The position numbers and the translations under genes were made by a program. The notes under the pieces are model-generated. The model was not told where the DNA came from. It saw only the letters and a program-made list of their open reading frames with translations, and searched no databases. A stretch of DNA of 64,000 bases from Candidatus Eiseniibacteriota bacterium. Lineage in GTDB: Bacteria; Eisenbacteria; RBG-16-71-46; CAVPCR01. The stretch covers positions 832,001-896,000 of the forward strand of contig CAVPCR010000001.1 of assembly GCA_963702435.1 (NCBI GenBank). Direction: 5' to 3'. Below, one piece after another: positions 1-8,077 of the stretch. Positions within the stretch are counted from its first letter, which is position 1; each line of letters opens with the position of its first letter.

Positions 1-513
1 ACGCCGGAGACGAGCCCCTCCGGGAACGTGCACGGCATGCCGCTCGCCGCGGTCCTCGGCATCGGGCCGGCCGCGCTCGCCGCGATCGGCGGCGGCGCGA
101 GCATCCGACCCGAGCACGTCGCCATGATCGGGCTCCGCAATCTTGACGAGCACGAGAAGGCCTTCGTCCGCCAGAGCGGAGTGCGCGCCTATACGATGAC
201 CGAGATCGATCGCCGCGGGATGGGCTCGATCCTCGACGAGGTGCTCGCGGCGCTCACCCGCTCGACGGGCGGCATCCACCTGAGCCTCGACCTGGATAGC
301 CTCGATCCGGAGGTCGTGCCGGGGGTCGGCACTCCGGTGCGCGGCGGCCTCTCCTATCGCGAAGCGCATCTCCTCTGCGAGATGGCGGCGGAGACGGGCC
401 GCCTGGTCGCGCTCGACGTGGCGGAGCTGAACCCGATCCTCGACCTCCGGAACCACTCGGCCGAGGTCGGCACCGAGCTCATCCTCTCGGCCCTCGGCCA
501 GCGCATCGTGTGA
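1..513 (+). CDS. rocF: Arginase, 5'-truncated by window edge
   Basis: Frame 1 reads TPETSPSGNVHGMP; also has SLDLDSLDP (Mn-binding DxD), PGVGTPVRGG and ELNP ureohydrolase motifs. Confidence 0.92.
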   Translation, partial: TPETSPSGNVHGMPLAAVLGIGPAALAAIGGGASIRPEHVAMIGLRNLDEHEKAFVRQSGVRAYTMTEIDRRGMGSILDEVLAALTRSTGGIHLSLDLDSLDPEVVPGVGTPVRGGLSYREAHLLCEMAAETGRLVALDVAELNPILDLRNHSAEVGTELILSALGQRIV

Positions 514-567
514 GCCGCCCGCCGGGCTCGCCGCGCGGACGGCCCCGCGCCGGGCGGCAAGTCGTGC

Positions 568-825
568 TTGCATCTCGGGGGGCCGATGCAGTATCAACCC
601 CCGGTGACACCAGGTGGGTGGTCACGCTGGATTCGGACTGTGCCGGTCGGGGGTCGGACGATTGACTACGAGGAGTCTCTCGACCTGCTCCTGAACTTCG
701 AGAAACTGCAAACCGCGGTGGAAAGCGGCACCTTCACGGTCTATGCGATCGCCGGTGGTGACTACAACGTGAACATCAACAATGTGATCGTGACCATCAC
801 CATCACGTTCAGCGAGGAGATCTGA
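568..825 (+). CDS. Small hypothetical protein or C-terminal gene remnant
   Basis: 85-aa ORF, visibly lower GC than its neighbours; 3' half looks coding (YNVNINNVIVTITITF); start uncertain. Confidence 0.4.
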   Translation: MHLGGPMQYQPPVTPGGWSRWIRTVPVGGRTIDYEESLDLLLNFEKLQTAVESGTFTVYAIAGGDYNVNINNVIVTITITFSEEI

Positions 826-922
826 GCATCGCCCTGGAGAGGCCGGCGGGCATCGCGCCACCGCGGGTGCCTGCCGGCTCCCCGCACCGCGCGGACCGCC
901 GGCCCGCGTGAGGACCCGGCCC

Positions 923-1483
923 ATGATCGGAGCCAGCCGTGAGAGCCGTCTCGCGGTGACCGCCGGCCGGCGCGGGCGGCAGCGCGCCGCCGCCCGGGCC
1001 GTGATGGCGGCCGCTGCGCTCGCGGTTCTCGCCGCCCCGGCGCCGCTCCCGGCGGCGACCCCGATTGAGGCCGGGGCCGTCCTCGGCCTCGACCAGCCCT
1101 TCGGCGACGATGCCGTGTCCGGCCTTCTCCTCGGCCTCCGCGCCCGGATCGGAGGGGGGAGCTACTCCCTCGAGCCGGGGCTCACCTGGTTCGGGGGCGG
1201 CGACTTCACCGACGTGACGAGCCTCTCCTTCAACGCCATCTCGCGCGGCGGCATCATCCCCTGGCTCTACTGGACCGGAGGCCTCGGCTGGAGCTGGGTG
1301 GATCTCGAGGGCGCGGCGGATGCGGACGGGGCGATCACCTACAACCTCGGGGCCGGCGTCGAGATCCCGATCGGCGCTCTCGCAATCGATCTGAGCCCGC
1401 GCTTCTTCCTGATCAACACGGCCGGGGACGGACACCGCGAGCACCTGCTCCTCATGCTCGGCGTGCACTACCGCCTGCGCTGA
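923..1483 (+). CDS. Outer-membrane beta-barrel (OmpA/porin-like) protein
   Basis: Ala-rich signal peptide, amphipathic strands (YWTGGLGWSWV, YNLGAGVEI), C-terminal LGVHYRL; start could be 1001 or 1004. Confidence 0.7.
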   Translation: MIGASRESRLAVTAGRRGRQRAAARAVMAAAALAVLAAPAPLPAATPIEAGAVLGLDQPFGDDAVSGLLLGLRARIGGGSYSLEPGLTWFGGGDFTDVTSLSFNAISRGGIIPWLYWTGGLGWSWVDLEGAADADGAITYNLGAGVEIPIGALAIDLSPRFFLINTAGDGHREHLLLMLGVHYRLR

Positions 1484-1506
1484 TCGTCCGCCGCACGCGG
1501 CACGGA

Positions 1507-2841
1507 TCAGGATTTCGGCGGCGCCACCAGCGCGAGGAGATCAATCCGGCCCTCGCCAAGCTCTCCGCCGTAGACGTTGAGCGGGTGCGATGTGTCCTCG
1601 ATCCGTTGCTGGAGCGTGCCGGGCGGCAGCCCTCCCTGACTGAGGCGGAGCGCCGCCGCCCCCGCCGTGAACGGCGCGGCCATCGAGGTGCCGCTCCACA
1701 GGGCGTAGCCGCCGTTCCAGTACGTCGACATGATGCCGACGCCGGGCGCCGACACCGACACGTTCGAACCGTAGTTCGAGAAGACGGCCTTCAAGTCGTA
1801 GCGATCGGTCGCGGCGATCGTCATCGCCTCGCTCAGGTTGGCTGGGAACTGGCGGTTGATGCGCACTCCGGCATTGCCGGCCGAGACGACGACGAGGACT
1901 CCCGCCTGGCGCGCCTCCTGGATCGCGCGCCGCATGACCCTCGCCGTCTCGTGGAGGCCCAGGCTCAGATTGATCACGTCGGCGCCGGCATCGATCGCCG
2001 CGTAGATACCACGCGCAACGGTGAAGATATCGCCGTTTCCCTCCGAATCGAGGACGCGGATCGGCATGATCGACACGGCGGGTGCGACAGCAGCGATGAT
2101 GCCGGCCACGTGGGAGCCATGACCGGCCGCCTCGTCGATCACGCCGTCGGCGTCGTTGTCGATGCCGTCGGGCAGATCGGAGGGATCCAGGTCGCCGTCG
2201 ACCAGGTCGCGCCCGGGAACGAGGTTGTCCAGCAGATCGACGTGGTCGAGATCGGCGCCGGTGTCGACGACCGCCACGAGGACTCCTGCACCGCTCGCGA
2301 TCGCCTGGGCGGCGGGCGCCTGGATGCGAGCGAGGGCCTCCTGGTCCACGTAGTCATCGTGACCGAAGACTCCTTCGTAGATGGCGAGACTGGCCTGTTC
2401 GGACTCGGGAGTGCCGAGACGGAAGTTCGGCTCGGCATCGGCGCACAGCCCGGAGCACGCCATGCCGGCGATCAGCGCCGAGGTGGAGAGGCCCTCCGGT
2501 CCGGCGACGACATACTCGCGACGTTCAGGCACCGCGGCCACGGTCGTCGTCCAGTAGGCCGCATTCACGTCCTCGATCGCCACCCCGGGAGCGAGTCGGA
2601 TGACCGCCTGCCCCACGATGAGGAGCTCGGGGTCGTCGGGGTACTCAGGATCCGGGGGAGCTTCGGGATCGAGCGGATCCTCGATCTCATGGATCGCATG
2701 CGGAGCGCCGGCCGCGGGACCGGGGTCGCGCCCGGAACGGCGATCCGGTCCGAGGGGCTCCTGGCCGCACCCCGCGGCGAGGAGCTGCACGCCGGCGAGC
2801 CCCAGCAATCCGAGAGCAACGCGGATCCGTAGCGGGGACAT
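1507..2841 (-). CDS. S8 family serine peptidase (subtilase), predicted lipoprotein
   Basis: Catalytic triad VVDTG, GHGSHVAGIIA, SGTSMAAP; SAGN oxyanion motif; lipobox LAAGC. Confidence 0.93.
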   Translation of the reverse strand: MSPLRIRVALGLLGLAGVQLLAAGCGQEPLGPDRRSGRDPGPAAGAPHAIHEIEDPLDPEAPPDPEYPDDPELLIVGQAVIRLAPGVAIEDVNAAYWTTTVAAVPERREYVVAGPEGLSTSALIAGMACSGLCADAEPNFRLGTPESEQASLAIYEGVFGHDDYVDQEALARIQAPAAQAIASGAGVLVAVVDTGADLDHVDLLDNLVPGRDLVDGDLDPSDLPDGIDNDADGVIDEAAGHGSHVAGIIAAVAPAVSIMPIRVLDSEGNGDIFTVARGIYAAIDAGADVINLSLGLHETARVMRRAIQEARQAGVLVVVSAGNAGVRINRQFPANLSEAMTIAATDRYDLKAVFSNYGSNVSVSAPGVGIMSTYWNGGYALWSGTSMAAPFTAGAAALRLSQGGLPPGTLQQRIEDTSHPLNVYGGELGEGRIDLLALVAPPKS

Positions 2842-3142
2842 GGAGTTAACCTCCGGATCGGGCTGCGTTCGCGGGGCTACCGATCCACGACAATGGCCGG
2901 CAAGGCGGGGGACCGGCCCGGCAGTCGGAGAAACCGGTGCCGGGCTGCCCTACCGACATCCGGGAGCCGATTCCTGATACAAGGTACAAAGCGAAAGTGG
3001 GAGGCCAGCCTGGCGCAAACCCCGGCCGCCTCCCATCCGTCTCCGTATCATGTTAACAGGACGCGCCTCGCTCCGGGACCCCATTCTCCGCGCATGGCCC
3101 GGGGCCCGGGAGCGACGCGAACCCGAGGACATCCACCGGACC

Positions 3143-5878
3143 ATGGGGCGGCGGTCATCCATCGTTCTCATCGGCGCGGCCGCGGCCGTGCTGGCGGCGG
3201 CACCGCCCGCCGTGGCCGGCCCGCTCGCCGTGGCCGGCCCGCCCGCCGTGGCCGGTGCCGCGCCGCCCCCCGGCGTCAGCGCGGCACCGCCGGCCGGCCC
3301 GGGCGACGCTTCATCACCCGCTGCGCCCTATACCCACGCGATCACACGCCTCGACGGCGCCCCGCCCCCGCGCATCGACGGCCGGCTCGACGAGGAAGCG
3401 TGGCTCGCCGCGGTACCCATCGATCGCTTCATCCAGCGCGATCCCGACGAGGGCGCCCCGGCGAGCGAGCGCACCGAGGCCCGCCTCCTCTACGACGGCA
3501 CGGCCATCTATGTCGGGATCCACGCCTTCGACCGCGAACCCGCGCGCATCGTCGGCCTCCTCACGCGGCGCGACGGGGACAGCGAATCGGACCGGCTCCG
3601 TGTCTCGTTCGACTCGTTCGGGGACCACCGGAGCGCGTTCGACTTCGTGATCAACGCCGCCGGCGTCAAGCGCGACATCTATCGCCACAGCGACACGGCC
3701 GAGGACGAGTCGTGGGACGCCGTGTGGGAGGCCGCCGCACGCGTCACCGGCGACGGCTGGTGCGCCGAGCTCCGGGTCCCCTTCAGCCAGCTCCGCTTCG
3801 CAGCCGCGGCGGAGCGGCCCTGGGGCCTCCAGATCGTGCGCGTCATCGCCCGCAAGAACGAGGTCGATCTGTGGAAGCCGATCCCCAGGGACTCGGACCG
3901 CTGGGTGAGCGAGTATGGATCCCTCGAGGGCATCACCGGCGTCGAGCCGCCGCACCGGATCGAGCTCCTCCCGTACACGGTGGCCGGGTCCGATATCCAC
4001 CCCGCCGCGGAGGGCGATCCCTTCACCGACGGCCGCGATCTCTGGGGCCGGGTCGGTCTCGATCTCAAGTACGGGATCGCGAGCAACGTGACGCTCGACG
4101 GGACGGTGAACCCCGACTTCGGACAGGTCGAGGCCGATCCATCGGTCCTGAACATCTCCGAGTTCGAGACCTTCTTCCCGGAGAAGCGCCCGTTCTTTCT
4201 CGAGGGCACCGACAAGTTCCTCTACGGGCTCACGACCGGGGACGGCCAGAGCGAGCCCTTGTTCTACACGCGTCGCATCGGGCGCGCGCCGCAGGGTGGA
4301 GCGGACGGCGAGTACGTGGACTATCCCGGGGCGACCACCATCCTCGGCGCGGCCAAGATCTCCGGGAAGACGGGCGGTGGGGTGACGCTCGGCGCGATCG
4401 AGGCCATCACCCAGGAGGAGGTGGCGCGGATCGAGAATGCCGACGGCAGCCGCGACGAGGTGGTCGTCGAGCCGCTCACCAACTATGCGGTGGCCCGATT
4501 CGCCCGCGACTTCCGCGCCGGGGAGACGGCGCTCGGCGGCATCGCCACGGCCACCAACCGCCGTCTCGGCGGGACCGATCTCGACTGGCTCCCGGCCGCC
4601 GCCTACGCCGGCGGCGCCGACATCCGCCATCGCATCGACGACCGCGGCTGGGCGGTGAACGGGAAGGCGGCCGCGTCCTACGTCTCCGGATCGTCCACTG
4701 CGATCCTCGTCTTGCAGCAGAGCTCGCGCCGCTACTTCCAGCGCCCGGATGCTTCGCACGTGGAGCTCGACCCGGCCCGCACGAGCCTCGCCGGCGGTTT
4801 CGGCCTCATCGAGTGCGGGAGATTCGCGGGCACCTGGCGCGGGGCGCTCACGGGCCAGGTGCGCTCACCCGGCTTCGAGATCAACGACCTCGGCTACCAG
4901 CGCCGCGCCGACGAGATCTCGGGCGCGCTCTGGATCGGCCATCGCCACTTCACCCCCGGCCGCATCCTGCGCAGCTCGAGCCTCAACTGGAACGCGAACT
5001 ACCGGACCAACTTCGGCGGCGAGAAGCTCGCCCTCGGCGGGAACATGAACGGGTACATCGAGTTCACCAACTACTGGAGCGCGTGGGCGGGTGGGCAGTA
5101 CGACGGCGAATCGCTGCACGTGACCGCGCTCCGCGGCGGCCCCGCCATGATCCGGCCGCCCGGGTACAACATCTGGGCCGGACTCGAGAGCGACTCGCGG
5201 CACTCCGTCTACGCGACGCTGGATACCTGGTGGTGGCATCAACCCGCGGGCAGCGCCTGGTCGACGGGCGGCGAGCTCTCGTTCTACTTCCGGATCGCCT
5301 CGAACCTGAACATCGCCCTCGGGCAGAACTACCAGTTCCTCCACGACGACTGGGCGTACGTGGGCGAGGAGGAGGCGCTCGGTGATCCGCAGTACCTGAT
5401 GGCCCGGCTCGTGCAGCAGACCCTGGGCTTGACCGCCCGCGTGAACTGGACCTTCACGCCGCAGACGAGCCTCGAGCTCTACGCCTCGCCCTATCTCTCG
5501 GCCGGCTCCTACGCGGACCACCGGCGGGTCGTCGCGCCGCGCGCCGAGCGCTACCGCAATCGCTTCGACTACTTCGGCGAACCCGGGGAGGACCGCCTCA
5601 CCCTGGACAACGGCACCTATTACGTGGACATCGACGACGACGAGACGGACGACCTGAGCTACGCCGATCCCGACTTCAACTTCGGCCAGTTTCGCGCCAG
5701 CGCGGTCCTGCGCTGGGAGTACATGCCGGGCTCGACCGTCTTCCTCGTCTACCAGCACGATCGCACCGACGACACGGGCAACGGCGAGTTCCATCCGGTG
5801 GACGACGCGAGCGCGCTCCTCGATGCCGACGGCACCAATACGGTGCTCCTCAAGGTGAGCTACTGGTGGAGCCCGTGA
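3143..5878 (+). CDS. CBM9-like / DUF5916 secreted or outer-membrane protein
   Basis: Signal peptide; IDGRLDEEAW and WCAELRVPFSQLRF (CBM9-like); TVNPDFGQVEAD and EKRPFFLEG (DUF5916); C-terminal LKVSYWW. Confidence 0.85.
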   Translation: MGRRSSIVLIGAAAAVLAAAPPAVAGPLAVAGPPAVAGAAPPPGVSAAPPAGPGDASSPAAPYTHAITRLDGAPPPRIDGRLDEEAWLAAVPIDRFIQRDPDEGAPASERTEARLLYDGTAIYVGIHAFDREPARIVGLLTRRDGDSESDRLRVSFDSFGDHRSAFDFVINAAGVKRDIYRHSDTAEDESWDAVWEAAARVTGDGWCAELRVPFSQLRFAAAAERPWGLQIVRVIARKNEVDLWKPIPRDSDRWVSEYGSLEGITGVEPPHRIELLPYTVAGSDIHPAAEGDPFTDGRDLWGRVGLDLKYGIASNVTLDGTVNPDFGQVEADPSVLNISEFETFFPEKRPFFLEGTDKFLYGLTTGDGQSEPLFYTRRIGRAPQGGADGEYVDYPGATTILGAAKISGKTGGGVTLGAIEAITQEEVARIENADGSRDEVVVEPLTNYAVARFARDFRAGETALGGIATATNRRLGGTDLDWLPAAAYAGGADIRHRIDDRGWAVNGKAAASYVSGSSTAILVLQQSSRRYFQRPDASHVELDPARTSLAGGFGLIECGRFAGTWRGALTGQVRSPGFEINDLGYQRRADEISGALWIGHRHFTPGRILRSSSLNWNANYRTNFGGEKLALGGNMNGYIEFTNYWSAWAGGQYDGESLHVTALRGGPAMIRPPGYNIWAGLESDSRHSVYATLDTWWWHQPAGSAWSTGGELSFYFRIASNLNIALGQNYQFLHDDWAYVGEEEALGDPQYLMARLVQQTLGLTARVNWTFTPQTSLELYASPYLSAGSYADHRRVVAPRAERYRNRFDYFGEPGEDRLTLDNGTYYVDIDDDETDDLSYADPDFNFGQFRASAVLRWEYMPGSTVFLVYQHDRTDDTGNGEFHPVDDASALLDADGTNTVLLKVSYWWSP

Positions 5879-5946
5879 GCAGCCGCAGCCATGCGCACCG
5901 CGTCGCGCCGGGGAGCGCCGGGCGCAGGATCCGCTAGACTCGGCCC

Positions 5947-6711
5947 ATGCGCCTCCACGCGATCGGCGACCTGCACCTCCCCTCGATCCGGCAGAAGGAC
6001 ATGGACCGCTTCGGCTGGATCGGACACCCCGTGCCGCTCGCCGCCGCCTGGGACGAAGCGGTCGCGCCCGATGACCTGGTCCTCGTGCTCGGCGACATCT
6101 CGTGGGCCATGCGGCCGGACGAGGTGCGCGGGGATCTCGCCTGGCTCGACGCCCGTCCGGGCCGGAAGGTGCTGCTCAAGGGCAATCACGACTACTGGTG
6201 GCCGGATAGCCGGCGGAAGCTCGCGGAGCTGGTCGCGCCGTTCCCTTCGATCCGCGGCCTCCTGCACCACGGGAACGCGCTCCGCGAGGGGCCGTACGTG
6301 ATCGCCGGCGTCCGCGGCTGGACCGCGCTCGAGGCGCCGCCGCTCCCCGCGGATGGAGATGACATCGCGGCGGCAGGCGCCGGGGGCGAGATGGGGCTCG
6401 AGATGCACCGCCCCGACCTGGTCGCGCGCGATGCGGAGCGGCTCCGCCGGAGCGTGGCGGAGGCCGCGCGCCTCGCCGCCGAACCCGGGACCGTGCGCAT
6501 CGCCTGCATGCACTTCCCGCCGCTCTATGCCGATCGGCGACCCACCCCCTTCTCGGCGACGATCGAGGCCTATCGCCCCGCGGCCTGCATCTACGGGCAC
6601 CTGCACGGCCCCGGCATCCCGCTCGGCTTCGTCGGCGAGCACGGCGGGGTGCGCTACGTGCTCGCCTCGGCGGACGCGGCGGGCTTCCGGCCGGTGCTCA
6701 TCGCCGGCTGA
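5947..6711 (+). CDS. Calcineurin-like metallophosphoesterase
   Basis: Motifs GDLH, GDISWA, GNHDYWW, HFPP, YGHLHG. Confidence 0.9.
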   Translation: MRLHAIGDLHLPSIRQKDMDRFGWIGHPVPLAAAWDEAVAPDDLVLVLGDISWAMRPDEVRGDLAWLDARPGRKVLLKGNHDYWWPDSRRKLAELVAPFPSIRGLLHHGNALREGPYVIAGVRGWTALEAPPLPADGDDIAAAGAGGEMGLEMHRPDLVARDAERLRRSVAEAARLAAEPGTVRIACMHFPPLYADRRPTPFSATIEAYRPAACIYGHLHGPGIPLGFVGEHGGVRYVLASADAAGFRPVLIAG

Positions 6712-6780
6712 GGGGCGGGGGGCCGCCCGGCGCGGCCCGGCGCCGGGGCGGTTCTCCTCCCGGCACACCCCATCCGGGCG

Positions 6781-6908
6781 TATAGTGGCAGCGACGTGAC
6801 GGTCGGACTTCTTTGGGTCAAGCAACGCCGGCGCCGTTCCGATAACTCGGGCGAGCCATGACGGGCCACAGTCTGTCACGGAGGAAGCTGTCTCAGAAGG
6901 AGGCCACC
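6781..6908 (+). promoter_or_regulatory. Putative -10 box (TATAGT) and long structured 5' leader
   Basis: TATAGT at 6781-6786; complementary pairs ggcagc/gctgtc, cgtgacgg/ctgtcacg, tcgga/tccga; SD AAGGAGG before ATG 6909. Confidence 0.45.
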
Positions 6909-7946
6909 ATGAGGATGTTGCTTGCGCTCGGGGTCGTGTCCGCCGCCCTCGGAATGGCGGGGCCCGCCCCGGCATCGGATGTGAACGTCGCCGGCGATCC
7001 CTGGCCGGCGGCTGCCGGCTTCGCGCTCGCGCCGTGCACGGATGACATCTACTGCGGCGAGCAGACGTTGACTGACGGTTTCATCGCCGACGGCGAATGG
7101 AACTCCGCCACGAACCAGATGGGCTTCGTGACGACGATCAACTCGATCATCGTCATCGATCCCCTGTGCGCCGGCGTCTCGACCACCGACATCACGGGGC
7201 CCGACTTCCCCGGCCCGCTCACCCGCGCCTTCGCCTGGGGCATCGAGGCCGGCGACTCGTGGGTCGGCACCTGGTACAGCGCCACCGGCCCCGTGCTGCC
7301 CAAGCTCTACCACCTGGATGCGACCTTCAACGTGATCGGCACCTCCGCCTACCCGGATCCGCTCACCGGACTCGACATGCAGTTCTCCGGCCTGGCGATG
7401 GATCCGACCAGCGGGCACCTGTGGGGCATCCTGCGCAACAACCCCGCCGGCACCATCTCGCGCTTCGTCGAGTTCGACGTGAACGTCGACCCGCCGGTCC
7501 TCCTGCAGGGTCCGATCGACACGCCGTGGCCGGGCGGTCCGAGCGCGGTGAGCTCGGCCGGGCTCGAGTACTCGAGCGCGGACTGCACGATCCTCGCCAT
7601 GCGGCAGGACTCGAACAACCTCGGCAACAACTCGTTCCTCGTCAAGTTCCAGGACGTGGATCCGCTCGGCACCACGGGCGGCGTGAGCCTCCTCGGCGAG
7701 TGCACGGTCAACAACACGCCGTGCACCGGCGCCGGCCAGGGCTCCGGGCGCCCGTGGGGCATCGCCCTCATCGAGGGCGATCCGAGCTACATCATCTACT
7801 CGGATCTGAACCTCGACGCGGGCTGCGCGGCGCCCCAGCAACCGGTCGACTTCCACATCATCGCCGGGCCGCCGTTCACCGGCGTGTGCCTGTCCCCGGT
7901 CGAGCCGAGCACCTGGGGGCAGATCAAGTCCCGCTACTCGAACTAG
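6909..7946 (+). CDS. Secreted Cys-rich beta-propeller-like protein with C-terminal TWGxIK motif
   Basis: Strong SD, signal peptide, YWTD-like blade segments (FSGLAMDPTSGHLWGI, PWGIAL), ends PVEPSTWGQIKSRYSN. Confidence 0.8.
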   Translation: MRMLLALGVVSAALGMAGPAPASDVNVAGDPWPAAAGFALAPCTDDIYCGEQTLTDGFIADGEWNSATNQMGFVTTINSIIVIDPLCAGVSTTDITGPDFPGPLTRAFAWGIEAGDSWVGTWYSATGPVLPKLYHLDATFNVIGTSAYPDPLTGLDMQFSGLAMDPTSGHLWGILRNNPAGTISRFVEFDVNVDPPVLLQGPIDTPWPGGPSAVSSAGLEYSSADCTILAMRQDSNNLGNNSFLVKFQDVDPLGTTGGVSLLGECTVNNTPCTGAGQGSGRPWGIALIEGDPSYIIYSDLNLDAGCAAPQQPVDFHIIAGPPFTGVCLSPVEPSTWGQIKSRYSN

Positions 7947-7962
7947 CGGTCGAGCGCACGGG

Positions 7963-8007
7963 CCGACACGGCCGACACGACCGACACGGCCGACACGACC
8001 GACGCGA
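7963..8007. repeat. 9-bp tandem repeat, 5 copies (CCGACACGR)
   Basis: ccgacacgg ccgacacga ccgacacgg ccgacacga ccgacgcga. Confidence 0.9.
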
Positions 8008-8011
8008 CGCA

Positions 8012-8045
8012 GCCGGAGCGGGCCTCGGGTCCGCTCCGGCTTTCT
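8012..8045 (+). terminator. Hairpin / intrinsic terminator between convergent genes
   Basis: gccggagcgg ... ccgctccggc stem followed by tttct. Confidence 0.7.
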
Positions 8046-8077
8046 CGTTGGCGTCCAGGTGGCCGGGGCGGCGGGGC

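Noticed and set aside
7963..8045. Repeats next to the CHAT gene as a possible CRISPR array
   Set aside because: Contiguous 9-bp units with no spacers, and no cas genes in the window
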